Position numbers and translations under genes: made by a program. From Candidatus Micrarchaeia archaeon (GTDB taxonomy: Archaea; Micrarchaeota; Micrarchaeia; Anstonellales; Bilamarchaeaceae): 55,514 nucleotides of DNA. Where the stretch lies: contig JBNLBN010000003.1 of the NCBI GenBank assembly GCA_050303335.1, positions 1 through 55,514 of the forward strand, given 5' to 3'. Under the pieces are notes generated by a model that saw nothing but the letters and a program-made list of their open reading frames with translations, did no database searches and had not been told where the DNA came from. Of this stretch, positions 8,857 to 17,991 are shown one piece after another (position 1 is the first letter of the stretch; each line of letters begins with the position of its first letter).

Positions 8857-10833
8857 CTGGGCGATAATCAATCCGGCAAAGACCAGAGAGACAGTGTTTA
8901 CTACTTTTATCAAGGCATTGAGTGCAGGTCCTGCCGTATCCTTGAGGGGATCTCCGACAGTATCGCCTACCACTGCAGCCTTGTGGGCATCTGAACCTTT
9001 GCCACCGAACTGTCCTTCCTCGATCAGCTTCTTGGCATTATCCCATGTAGCGCCTGCTGTTGTCATCGTCAGGGCGAGCATAAGTCCGCCTGCGATTACT
9101 CCTGCAAGGAGCCCTGCAAGCGCCTGTGCACCGAATACGATTCCGACAACAAGGGGGACTATCACAGCCATAGCACCTGGAAGAGCAAGCTCCCTAAGTG
9201 CTGTTGCGGTTGAAATATCAACGCATTTGGCATAGTCTGCCCTGGCTTTGCCTTCCATCAGGCCCTTTATCTCCTTGAACTGTCTTCGCACTTCTTCTAC
9301 AATCTCGAATGCCGCGCGGCCAACGGCCAGCATCAGCAGTGAGGAAAAGACGAATGGAAGAAGGCCTCCGATGAACAGACCGATTACGACCGGGGGATCA
9401 AGAAGGTTTACCGCTTCAAGGTGCGCTTCCTCTGCGAATGCCACAAAGAGCGCAAGAGCCCCAAGTGCCGCACCGCCTATAGCAAAGCCTTTCGTCGTTG
9501 CCTTCGTCGTGTTTCCGACGGCATCCAAAGCATCTGTTACCTTCCTTACTTTTGAGGGAAGTTTAGACATCTCTGCAATTCCACCTGCATTGTCCGTGAT
9601 CGGTCCGTATGCATCAACTGCAATTATTATTCCCGAAAGGGAAAGCATTGCCGCTGCTGCGAGCCCGATTCCATAGAGCCCCGCGACCTTGAATGATATC
9701 ACGATCGCGAAGAGGATCACTATGACTGGAAGGGCGGTTGCTTCCATACCGAGGGCAAGGCCCTGTATGATGTTGGTTGCTGCACCTGTCGTCGATGCGT
9801 TTGCAACATCCTTCACGGGCTTGTGATCCGTTGCAGTGTAGTATTCTGTTATCATGAAGAGAAGCAATGTAACCACGACTCCCATGATTATCGTGACAAA
9901 GAGCGACATTGCAGGGATTGGAAGGTCTGCCAGGTCGTTCAGATAGAGGTAAGATCCTCCGAGCATCACCAATGCCGCAACCAGTATTCCCGTATAGAAA
10001 TAAGACATGATTTTCTTCTGTTCCCCTATTCCGACGAACAAAGAACCTATGATGCTTGCAACCACTCCGATTCCGGCTATTGCAAGGGGGATCTGGATCA
10101 TCAGGTCTGTTGTCGCGAAGGTAAGGCCGATAAGCATCGCAGCGATTACCGTGACGACGAAAGACTCGAAGACGTCTGCAGCCATACCGGCGCAGTCTCC
10201 GACGTTGTCACCGACGTTGTCAGCAATAACTGCCGGATTCCTAGGGTCATCCTCAGGAATTCCTGCCTCGATCTTTCCGACGAGGTCAGCACCGACATCT
10301 GCTGCCTTTGTGTAGATTCCTCCGCCGACCCTTGCAAAGAGCGATATCAGGGATGCACCGAAGCCGTAGCCTATGAGCGGTGCAAGCTCCCCGAAATACA
10401 TATAGAGGGATCCGACCCCGATGAGGCCAAGGCCTGCAAGCGCCATTCCTGTAACCGCTCCGCCGTTGAACGCTATTCCCAGCGCGGGCTTGAGGCCCTT
10501 CTTTGCTGCCTCAGCTACTCGGACATTCGCCCTTACTGAAACCTGCATACCAATGTAACCAGCCAACGCCGATGAGATGACACCTGCCAAAAACGCAACA
10601 GCAGTAAACGTATCAACCCCGAAGTTGATTACAGCCAATAAAACCAAGACTATTGGAGCAAGTGTCTTGTATTGCCTCATCAGGAAGGCATTTGCACCCT
10701 CCTGTATTGCCTTTGAGATCTCTTTCATCTCTTTAGTCCCGTCTGGCGAGCTTATCACCCTCCAGGCGAGGAACAAGGCATAAAGCAAGGTGAGAACACC
10801 TGCAGCCAATGCTAGTGTAACTGCATCTATCAT
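8839..10833 (-). CDS. hppA: Membrane-bound H+(or Na+)-translocating pyrophosphatase
   Basis: 664 aa, about 16 TM helices. Signature segments GGIYTKAADVGADLVGK, DNVGDNVGDCAGMAADVFES, DAYGPITDNAGGIAEM and GDTVGDPLKDTAGPALN. Confidence 0.95.
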   Translation of the reverse strand: MIDAVTLALAAGVLTLLYALFLAWRVISSPDGTKEMKEISKAIQEGANAFLMRQYKTLAPIVLVLLAVINFGVDTFTAVAFLAGVISSALAGYIGMQVSVRANVRVAEAAKKGLKPALGIAFNGGAVTGMALAGLGLIGVGSLYMYFGELAPLIGYGFGASLISLFARVGGGIYTKAADVGADLVGKIEAGIPEDDPRNPAVIADNVGDNVGDCAGMAADVFESFVVTVIAAMLIGLTFATTDLMIQIPLAIAGIGVVASIIGSLFVGIGEQKKIMSYFYTGILVAALVMLGGSYLYLNDLADLPIPAMSLFVTIIMGVVVTLLLFMITEYYTATDHKPVKDVANASTTGAATNIIQGLALGMEATALPVIVILFAIVISFKVAGLYGIGLAAAAMLSLSGIIIAVDAYGPITDNAGGIAEMSKLPSKVRKVTDALDAVGNTTKATTKGFAIGGAALGALALFVAFAEEAHLEAVNLLDPPVVIGLFIGGLLPFVFSSLLMLAVGRAAFEIVEEVRRQFKEIKGLMEGKARADYAKCVDISTATALRELALPGAMAVIVPLVVGIVFGAQALAGLLAGVIAGGLMLALTMTTAGATWDNAKKLIEEGQFGGKGSDAHKAAVVGDTVGDPLKDTAGPALNALIKVVNTVSLVFAGLIIAQSLGVI

Positions 10834-10964
10834 TATTTCACCTTAAAATTTGCAGCAGAATAACCACGAAAATATTTAAAAACAGGAGTGGAGGCCCAAA
10901 CCGGGCATCATAATAATTATAAAGGCTAACTGCATTAGGTTAAGAGAATATTAATGGTGATTTA

Positions 10965-11351
10965 ATGGGACTTTTTGATAAGATCTTTGGCGGAAGTAAT
11001 GAAGAAGCAGATGACGTTCCAGATTTAGAAGATTTGATGCAATCCGAAGGGGATGTAGTAAGCCCCCCGGCTGATTTCTACGTAAAGAGGATCGATCTTA
11101 GAAACGAGGGTGACGGAGACCTTGCATTAAAGGAATTGGATGAGAAGAACATCATTATCGTTAACGTGAAACCATTGTCAAAGCAGCCAAACAGACTGAA
11201 GAACATAATTTCGAAGCTGAAGGTTTATACAGGCAAGATCAATGGAGACATCGCACTCTTGACGCATGAGACGATAATCCTCACACCGAACAATGTCAAG
11301 ATAGTGAAGTCAAAGCCGAAACCTAAAAGAGATGGAACAGTCATCTCCTAA
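10965..11351 (+). CDS. sepF: Cell-division protein SepF
   Basis: N-terminal amphipathic MGLFDKIFGG membrane-targeting peptide, an acidic linker, then a SepF/DUF552-like core (IIIVNVKPLSKQPNRLKNIISKLKVYTGKINGDIALLTHETIILTP). Confidence 0.75.
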   Translation: MGLFDKIFGGSNEEADDVPDLEDLMQSEGDVVSPPADFYVKRIDLRNEGDGDLALKELDEKNIIIVNVKPLSKQPNRLKNIISKLKVYTGKINGDIALLTHETIILTPNNVKIVKSKPKPKRDGTVIS

Positions 11352-12034
11352 TCTTTTTTTAATATTAATATTTCCCCGAAGATAGTATCCTGCCTTATGT
11401 CTATTGATCCTGTCTGTACCAGGTATAATATGCAGAGAAGCGTGTAGACCTTTTCCCTTATGTTGAGCTCTTTTGTTATCTGGGAAAAGAGCGACCATCC
11501 GGATTCGTCGCTGTTGCTCCTTATCTTTTCAAGAACGTCGACCATGTCCTTCTCGACGTCATGCTCATTGAGCTCGAGGTCGACGGTGTCGACTATTGCT
11601 CCTCTCGGAATCTTGACCCTCTCGATGGACTCATATTTTATTATCTTTTCCATCTCGCTTATCAGTTCCTCGGCGGTTATCTGCCTCCTAGGAGGGATCC
11701 TTGATGAAAGCGTGAGCTGGGGGATATCTTCTAGCGGCTCGATATCCTCGTCTGCCGGGAATTCGGTCAGGTCGGACTGGTAATTCAGGTATTTGAGATA
11801 GTCGCTCTTGTACTTCAGGAGAATGGATGCGGCGAGTATTACGTTGGCCTGGATGTTGAAATCCATTGATTCCATCTCCCTGACCTTTGAGATGAAGGCA
11901 TCGGAAAGGTCGATGAGGTCGATGTTCCACGGATCCACCCTGTTTGACGATACCAGGTCCAGAAGTATATCCTTCCAGGTAGGTTTAGATACCATGCTCT
12001 CGAAGTGAGCAAAGGACGTGAGGGTGTTCGCCAT
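11348..12034 (-). CDS. scpA: Segregation and condensation protein A (kleisin ScpA)
   Basis: WKDILLDLVSSNRVDPWNIDLIDLSDAFISKVREME...ANVILAASILLKYKS, plus a C-terminal winged-helix segment (YTLLCILYLVQTGSIDIRQD). Confidence 0.8.
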   Translation of the reverse strand: MANTLTSFAHFESMVSKPTWKDILLDLVSSNRVDPWNIDLIDLSDAFISKVREMESMDFNIQANVILAASILLKYKSDYLKYLNYQSDLTEFPADEDIEPLEDIPQLTLSSRIPPRRQITAEELISEMEKIIKYESIERVKIPRGAIVDTVDLELNEHDVEKDMVDVLEKIRSNSDESGWSLFSQITKELNIREKVYTLLCILYLVQTGSIDIRQDTIFGEILILKKD

Positions 12035-12080
12035 AACGGATATATAATTATTCTTATTTATAGTACTTTCTGTGATCTAT

Positions 12081-13169
12081 ATGGAAATTAAACAAGCAGC
12101 AATACTGGAAAGTTCTGAACCTCTGTCAAAAGCAATTACCAAACTAAACGAAACTCCCGCAGTCATAGTCACAAAGGAAGGTCGATATCATGGCATTATA
12201 GACCACCGGAGCATAAGCTTCGGGATGAGCGATGCAAGCAAGACCAAATGCGAGAATGCAATGGTCAATCCGCCCACCATGGTTGAAACAGCAACGATTA
12301 TGGAACAGATCAGCGCATACCTTCTTGGACATTTCAAGGCCCTGCCGGTAATCGACCACCAGGAGATGCCCATCGGCATTACAACGAGAGTTGAGGCGCT
12401 CAAGGAGATTGACAGCGAGAAGAAGATGCCCAAGGGAGGAGTCGACATCCTGATGAACTCTCCGGTATTCGAGATATCAGAAGATGACGATATCGCAACG
12501 CTCAAGAGGCTCCTCAAGGAAAAGAACGCGCGAAGAATGGTGGTTACAAAGTCTGGTTCCCCGATCGGGGTGGTATCAAGCTTTGATGTAAGCTCCTGGA
12601 CTTCGAGGCCCAATTTCTCTGCAGGACGGAAGGATGTATATTCAGAGAACAAGAACATCGACCAGTTCCTGATAAAGGATTTCCTTAGACCGGACATCAC
12701 AGTAGTTACGGAAAGCGAAACGATAAGCGGTGCGGCAAGGAAGATGATCGAAAAGGAGGTATCCTCTGTCATAGTAGTTGCTAACGGAAAATCAGTAGGG
12801 ATTCTCTCTGCGCTGGACATTTTCAAGAAGATCCAGGACCTGGAAGAGGACAGGCTGGCGATCAACATCTCCGGACTCAACGAGGAAAATAGGGGAGAGT
12901 TCAGCCATATCAATGAGAAGATCGGCGGCGTGATTGACAAGTTCAAGGATTCCTTCAACATCAGAAACGTCAGCGTCCACACCAAGGAGGGAAAATCAAC
13001 CGTAACCGTGAACATCTACTTCGACACGGACAACGGGCACATTTCACTGAGGGGTGAAAGGATGACCATGAAGGAGACTGTAGACGAACTTGCAGACGAG
13101 CTGGATACAATGCTTAGAAGGAAGAAGGACCAGAAGGTCTCCTCAAAATACTACAAGGAGACTTTTTAA
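12081..13169 (+). CDS. Four-CBS-domain protein with a C-terminal HPF/RaiA (S30AE)-like domain
   Basis: Repeated CBS motifs (PAVIVTKEGRYHGIID, ALPVIDHQEMPIGITT, RRMVVTKSGSPIGVVS, SSVIVVANGKSVGILS). The C-terminal ~100 aa (INISGLNEENRGEFSHINEKIGGVIDKF...VSVHTKEGKSTVTVNIYF...ISLRGERMTMKETVDELADELDTMLRRKKDQ) follows the beta-alpha-beta-beta-beta-alpha sequence pattern of hibernation-promoting factors. The track start at 12072 is GTG; the first ATG is at 12081. Confidence 0.7.
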   Translation: MEIKQAAILESSEPLSKAITKLNETPAVIVTKEGRYHGIIDHRSISFGMSDASKTKCENAMVNPPTMVETATIMEQISAYLLGHFKALPVIDHQEMPIGITTRVEALKEIDSEKKMPKGGVDILMNSPVFEISEDDDIATLKRLLKEKNARRMVVTKSGSPIGVVSSFDVSSWTSRPNFSAGRKDVYSENKNIDQFLIKDFLRPDITVVTESETISGAARKMIEKEVSSVIVVANGKSVGILSALDIFKKIQDLEEDRLAINISGLNEENRGEFSHINEKIGGVIDKFKDSFNIRNVSVHTKEGKSTVTVNIYFDTDNGHISLRGERMTMKETVDELADELDTMLRRKKDQKVSSKYYKETF

Positions 13170-13204
13170 AGCCTTTTTATCATATTTAACCACAGTTGAT
13201 TATT

Positions 13205-13651
13205 ATGAAAGGCCAAGTAAGTACTGAACTTCTTATTATCGTCGCATTAGTGCTGTTGATTTTTATCCCGCTCATTACGCTTGTATATTTCAAGGCGAAC
13301 GAGGCAAACCAGCAGATTGGAGCATACCAGGCTGAATTGTCAGTCTCAAGGATAGCATCGCTTGCGAATTCCGTTGGATCGCTAGGAACAGATACTTCTG
13401 TAACCACGGATGTATTCATACCGCCGAACATCGTCGAGCTACGTACTGAGAACATAGGCAACGGTGCAGAGCTTTCGCTCACCCTTGATACCCCGCAGGG
13501 ACCGAGTACCCCTGTCGTGCACATTATCAGGTATCCGGTTGTAAACGACGGTGTCCTGGCCGATTCGAGCCATGCAGGCGGATGGATGAGAATAAAAATC
13601 TCTTCAGAATTCGTCGACAACAGGGCCCAGATAAGGATCCAGAAGGCCTAG
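13205..13651 (+). CDS. Archaeal type IV pilin-like protein (class III signal peptide)
   Basis: MKG|QVSTELLIIVALVLLIFIPLI has a short basic N-terminus, a G-Q prepilin peptidase site, a QxSxE motif and a hydrophobic helix. The track start at 13196 is TTG; the first ATG is at 13205. Confidence 0.65.
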   Translation: MKGQVSTELLIIVALVLLIFIPLITLVYFKANEANQQIGAYQAELSVSRIASLANSVGSLGTDTSVTTDVFIPPNIVELRTENIGNGAELSLTLDTPQGPSTPVVHIIRYPVVNDGVLADSSHAGGWMRIKISSEFVDNRAQIRIQKA

Positions 13652-14817
13652 AATGAGAAATTATCGAATATTATTTTTCCTTCTTTTATTACTGTTTTTG
13701 CTTTTCCCTTGAATCTGAAACCCTCGAACGGGGACCATTTGCATTTCGTCTCGAATAATCCGCCGTCCACTTTCCATTCCTTATTCGGGTCAATGATTGT
13801 TATGTCTGCATCATAGCCTTCTTTCAGGCGGCCTTTTCCTTTCAGGTTGAATATTTCTGCCACTTTGGATGTCATCCTGGATATCACCCAGTGGCGGTCG
13901 GCAATGCCCCGATTGCACAGATCCAGCATTGCGGCAAGGGAGGTCTCAAGCCCCGGGAACCCGGCCGCTCCTGCCTCCTTGTCTTCGACAGTGTGGGGTG
14001 CATGGTCTGTTGCTATGCAGTCTGCAAGTTCCATGGCAGACTGGAGCATCAGCTGTTTCTGGGGCGATTTGAGCGTCGGGAACACGTTCTTCATTCTTCC
14101 AAGCCTCTCGAAGTCCCTTGTTGAAAGCAGGAGGTGATGGGGCGCAACCTCGACTGTGATGTTAGGGTGCTGCTTTGCCATCGTGATCTCCTTTTTCGTT
14201 GACGCATGTGCGATATGGAGCCTCCTCCCATTTGCAGCCCTGTAGACCTGCTCCTGTATCCTGTAGGTTTCCTCGAGATTCTTTTCCTCGTCTTCCAGGT
14301 CTGAGCATGCATGGAGAACAATGGGCCTGTCCCTGGGAAATTCCTCGAAATGCCTTTTTGCAAATGATTCGTCAATCAGCATGTTGCCGGTCGTCTTCCC
14401 GAGATATATTTTCAGGGAATCGGGATCAGCAGCCCTGACATCGGAATAGTTTGTCGCCGTAGCGCCGAAATGGAATAGCACATTGCATATGGCCTTCTTT
14501 GAAAGCTCCTTTTTCTCATCCAGCCGCTCTTTTGTGACTGTCGGCATTGGATTGTTCGGCATGTCGATTACTGTGGTGAACCCTCCTGCAACAGCAGCAC
14601 GTGAACCTGTGTAGAAATCCTCCTTGCTGGTAGCACCCGGCTCTCTCAGGTGCACATGCGGATCGATTAGGCCTGGTGTGACCAGCATGCCTTTTGCATC
14701 GATCATTTCATCTCCGGAAAGATTATCTCCCACCTCTGCAATTTTACCATCCAGGATTCGAATATCACGGTCCAAAAATGCATTGTCGATAAAGGCTTTT
14801 CCGCCTTTAATGATCAT
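13648..14817 (-). CDS. pyrC: Dihydroorotase (amidohydrolase superfamily)
   Basis: GLIDPHVHLREPG, HIAHAST, TDHAPH and an overall DHOase layout. An allantoinase/hydantoinase relative cannot be fully excluded. Confidence 0.8.
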   Translation of the reverse strand: MIIKGGKAFIDNAFLDRDIRILDGKIAEVGDNLSGDEMIDAKGMLVTPGLIDPHVHLREPGATSKEDFYTGSRAAVAGGFTTVIDMPNNPMPTVTKERLDEKKELSKKAICNVLFHFGATATNYSDVRAADPDSLKIYLGKTTGNMLIDESFAKRHFEEFPRDRPIVLHACSDLEDEEKNLEETYRIQEQVYRAANGRRLHIAHASTKKEITMAKQHPNITVEVAPHHLLLSTRDFERLGRMKNVFPTLKSPQKQLMLQSAMELADCIATDHAPHTVEDKEAGAAGFPGLETSLAAMLDLCNRGIADRHWVISRMTSKVAEIFNLKGKGRLKEGYDADITIIDPNKEWKVDGGLFETKCKWSPFEGFRFKGKAKTVIKEGKIIFDNFSF

Positions 14818-16550
14818 ACGATCCTTCCGCCTTCTGTGATGAAGACGACGACCTTGAGGATAGTGACTATTATTGTCTTGAAGATCTTGTAGAGAAGCTT
14901 GTTGAATGACTGGTTTCTTGAATTGATTGTTCCGAGGAGGTCCTTGAATGCCTCCTTTTCACCAGGCCCCATCTTGGATTCAGTAACCTTCTTGTGCTCC
15001 TTGCCGTCTATGATCGTCACTTCCTCCTGCTTTCCGATCTGCTTTTTTGCCTGCTCATACCAGGGCGGAAGCGAAGATCGCTTCTCTGCAATCGCCTTTA
15101 CGAAATCTCCGAGTGTAAGGGACCTCTGCTTTACCTGCTTCTTTGCAACCTCGACAGCGGCATCCCTCTCCATTCCCTGCGAGGTCATGAGATTGTCGGC
15201 CTTCTTCTCTATTGCCTTGAAAGCCTCCCTCCACGGTATAGTCGCTGCGCCGTCCACTATCGCCTTGTGGTCGGCCGATGCATAGCCCATTGTAGCAATG
15301 CCAAGTGCCCAGAATGGAATGAATGGGGCCAATGGCCTTTTCTTCGAATGCATCTTCATTATGGCTACTCGCGAGGAATAATCAGGTTCAGGAATGTAAA
15401 TTGTCTTGCTGAAACGGCCGGATCGCCTGAGGGCAGGATCAACATCCCACGGAGCGTTGGTCGCTGCGATGATAAGAACGTTTGAATTGTTGGCCTCGAC
15501 ACCGTCCATCTCGTAAAGCATCTGGTTGACGGCCATCTTCATGTACTGTTGGCCCTCTCCCCCGTCTCTCCTTCCACCGATAGCATCAACTTCATCGAAG
15601 AAGAGTATGACTGGTGAATTCTTCCTCGCCATCTCAAATACTTTGTGAATGTTCTTTTCTGTGTTACCGACATACATATCGAGAAGGTCTGAAAGCTTCG
15701 CGTTCAGGAATCCTGCTCCGCACTCTCCTGCTGCGGCCTTGACGATGTATGTCTTTCCGCAACCTGGAGGCCCGTACATGAGGATACCTCCTCCTCCAAG
15801 CTTCCCGTACTTCCTTGCAAGGTCAGGGTTCCTCATCGGATAGACGACAGCCTCGCGAATCTCTTCCTTCATCTTTTTCATTCCGGCTACGTCTTCGAAT
15901 GTCATGCTTGGCTTGGAGAGCATCTTGATGTCTGCTGATCCTCCTTCTCCGCCCTTTCCGTCCTGGTCCTTCTTGGCCTTTGCACCTTCAAGATGAGTTT
16001 TTGCCTCAGTCAGGTCAGGATTCAGTTCAAGCGCCTTCTCATAGTCTGCCACTGCAGAGCTGATCGATCCTGCATATTCATTAGCGAGTCCCCGAAGATG
16101 ATATGCCTCTGCAAAATCAGGCTTGAGCTTGATCACTTTCGAAAAATCCTCGACCGCCTTTTCGTATTCTTCCATCGAGGCATATGATAGACCCCGGTTG
16201 TAGAAAGCCTTCAGATAATTAGGATTTAGCGTGATTGCCCGGTCATAGTCCTTCACTGCGTTCTGGAAGTCCTGCTTCCTGTAGAATGCGTCTCCCCTGT
16301 TGTTGAATATGATCGGGTTCTGGGGATCGAGTTCCATTGATTTTGTGTAGTCTGCAATGGACTTGTCGAAATTCTTGAGCTGGTAATAGGAAAGTGCCCT
16401 GTTGAAATATGCCTCGGAAAACACTGGATTGAGGAGAATCGCCATGTTGTAATTTTCGATTCCCCGGTCGTAGTCTCCCTTCTCGTAATAGTCATTCCCC
16501 ATCTGATAATACGTCTTTGCATCTGTAGGGTTTGGTTTTCTCTCAGCCAT
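14814..16550 (-). CDS. TPR-repeat + single AAA+ ATPase with a C-terminal hydrophobic tail anchor
   Basis: About 5 TPR repeats (AKTYYQMGNDYYEKGDYDRGIENYNMAILLNP and similar). AAA core with GILMYGPPGCGKTYIVKAAA, ILFFDEVDAIGG, pore loop YVG and ATNAPWDVDPALRRSGRF. The extreme C-terminus LLYKIFKTIIVTILKVVVFIT is a predicted TM. ATGA overlap with pyrC. Confidence 0.85.
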   Translation of the reverse strand: MAERKPNPTDAKTYYQMGNDYYEKGDYDRGIENYNMAILLNPVFSEAYFNRALSYYQLKNFDKSIADYTKSMELDPQNPIIFNNRGDAFYRKQDFQNAVKDYDRAITLNPNYLKAFYNRGLSYASMEEYEKAVEDFSKVIKLKPDFAEAYHLRGLANEYAGSISSAVADYEKALELNPDLTEAKTHLEGAKAKKDQDGKGGEGGSADIKMLSKPSMTFEDVAGMKKMKEEIREAVVYPMRNPDLARKYGKLGGGGILMYGPPGCGKTYIVKAAAGECGAGFLNAKLSDLLDMYVGNTEKNIHKVFEMARKNSPVILFFDEVDAIGGRRDGGEGQQYMKMAVNQMLYEMDGVEANNSNVLIIAATNAPWDVDPALRRSGRFSKTIYIPEPDYSSRVAIMKMHSKKRPLAPFIPFWALGIATMGYASADHKAIVDGAATIPWREAFKAIEKKADNLMTSQGMERDAAVEVAKKQVKQRSLTLGDFVKAIAEKRSSLPPWYEQAKKQIGKQEEVTIIDGKEHKKVTESKMGPGEKEAFKDLLGTINSRNQSFNKLLYKIFKTIIVTILKVVVFITEGGRIV

Positions 16551-16584
16551 TGTATATCAGTTATTTAGAGGTATATTTTTAAAG

Positions 16585-17991
16585 TCAGCGTCTCAGGGGT
16601 TTCCTGGTTAGAGAATCCCTCAGCGGGTCGTCGTTTGTGCTGCCTTTTGCCGCGGCTTCCAGCAGTTCTCCGGAGGGCGTGCGCTCGAACGTCCTGATCT
16701 TCCCGTCCTTGCCGTAGAGGCCCACCCTTTGGATTATGGTTCCCGTGTCACGTTCGTAGGCTGCAAGAAGGTCCATCACATTGTTTGTCTTCATGCTGAA
16801 AACTTTATTCCAGTCTACGATATAGCCCTTGTCATCGTCGAATGCGAGGGTGATGGAATGGCCGGAAGGCCCTGGGAGGTTGATCGATGCAGTGAAAGTC
16901 CTGAAACCGACCCGCCTCAGGAATTCTGCTGTGAGATTGGTTGCATTGGCACAAATTCCCGGAGGAATCCTTTTGCCTTGAAGGTAATAATCATGCATTG
17001 CCCTGTAGGATTCGTCCGCGTCGTTTGATTCCCCTGGGATTTTTCTAAATACAGACGGAGTTTCAAGGCTTGAGAATTGCGTTTGGATAGACCTGACATT
17101 CTGTGCAAGGTTCGACGCGAACACTATCAGGTCCTGATTGCCTGCTCCTTCCATGCTCGCCACGAGATCATCAAGAGTAGGATTGTCAATTATCGTCTGC
17201 ATGAAAGGCGCATCAAAAAGTTCCAGGCGTTTCGATGCCTGGGTATGGAGTCGTCCTGTCGACTTCTGTATCCTGAGCTCTCCTTTCGGATGCTTCAGCT
17301 GTAGCCCGATCATGAGTTCGTTGGGAGACCCAAGGAGTGGGATGTTCGAGAAATTCCTCCTGTATGTAGAATACACCTCGATTGGAACTTTTGAATTGTA
17401 GGATGCTGAAACCGTCGCACCGGCTGTTGATCTTGAGCCGGTCAGTTCAAAACTCATTGACCCTTGCTCGAATTCGACACTCATCCCTGCTTTTGCCATG
17501 TGGAAGACTGGCCTGTAATCTCTGATCATCTGCCTGTATCCGATCGGATTATCCAGGTCAGTGGTTGCCTGGGCGAAGACTGTGAAATCCCCTTTTAGAA
17601 TGGATACTCCAAAGTCTGTTTCCGGAAAGCCCATCTGCATTGCAGGAGAGAAATCGGAGAATGAGACTCCAGCCCGCATCAGGAAATTGTTGAAGTGAAG
17701 ATCATAGGTCCCGCCGCCTTCATATGAAACGAACTGCATTGGTACTGAATCATCCGTCTTTGGAATTATCGTGACGCGGCCGTTCGCAAAAAGATTAAGC
17801 CTGTCCGAAAGGAATTCGTATCCGGCCTGCGGAGAGACGAAAAACATCGGGGAATCGATAGAATGCAGTTGCAAATTTCCGAAACCTGATCCAAGAGTGA
17901 GGCCGATGCGTTCAAATTTCAGTTTGGGGTGCAGGGATTCTAAGGTTCCTGCCTGGTTTGATACAATCTGCGCATCGAATGTTTCTGTCAT
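16585..17991 (-). CDS. Hypothetical protein with a beta-rich N-terminal half and a transglutaminase/papain-like Cys-His-Asp C-terminal domain
   Basis: C-terminal PGICANATNLTAEFLRRVGF...GHSITLAFDDDKGYIVDWN matches the C...H...D spacing of transglutaminase-like cysteine proteases. The N-terminal ~240 aa have alternating polar/hydrophobic strand-like segments. 4-nt overlap with eno. Confidence 0.5.
   Translation of the reverse strand: MTETFDAQIVSNQAGTLESLHPKLKFERIGLTLGSGFGNLQLHSIDSPMFFVSPQAGYEFLSDRLNLFANGRVTIIPKTDDSVPMQFVSYEGGGTYDLHFNNFLMRAGVSFSDFSPAMQMGFPETDFGVSILKGDFTVFAQATTDLDNPIGYRQMIRDYRPVFHMAKAGMSVEFEQGSMSFELTGSRSTAGATVSASYNSKVPIEVYSTYRRNFSNIPLLGSPNELMIGLQLKHPKGELRIQKSTGRLHTQASKRLELFDAPFMQTIIDNPTLDDLVASMEGAGNQDLIVFASNLAQNVRSIQTQFSSLETPSVFRKIPGESNDADESYRAMHDYYLQGKRIPPGICANATNLTAEFLRRVGFRTFTASINLPGPSGHSITLAFDDDKGYIVDWNKVFSMKTNNVMDLLAAYERDTGTIIQRVGLYGKDGKIRTFERTPSGELLEAAAKGSTNDDPLRDSLTRKPLRR

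Noticed and set aside
9823-10539. 238-aa ORF rich in Cys/His/Arg/Asp on the plus strand
   Set aside because: It lies entirely antisense to the highly confident hppA gene. Its composition (C/H/R/S-rich, no motifs) is typical of a shadow ORF in a GC-richer gene.
12188-13015. 275-aa antisense ORF opposite the CBS/HPF-like gene. Similar long antisense ORFs occur at 6909..7439, 32813..33565, 19693..20313 and 54761..55312.
   Set aside because: All lie opposite genes with strong motif support. Their Ser/Leu/Phe-rich sequences are what reverse-complement reading of coding DNA produces.
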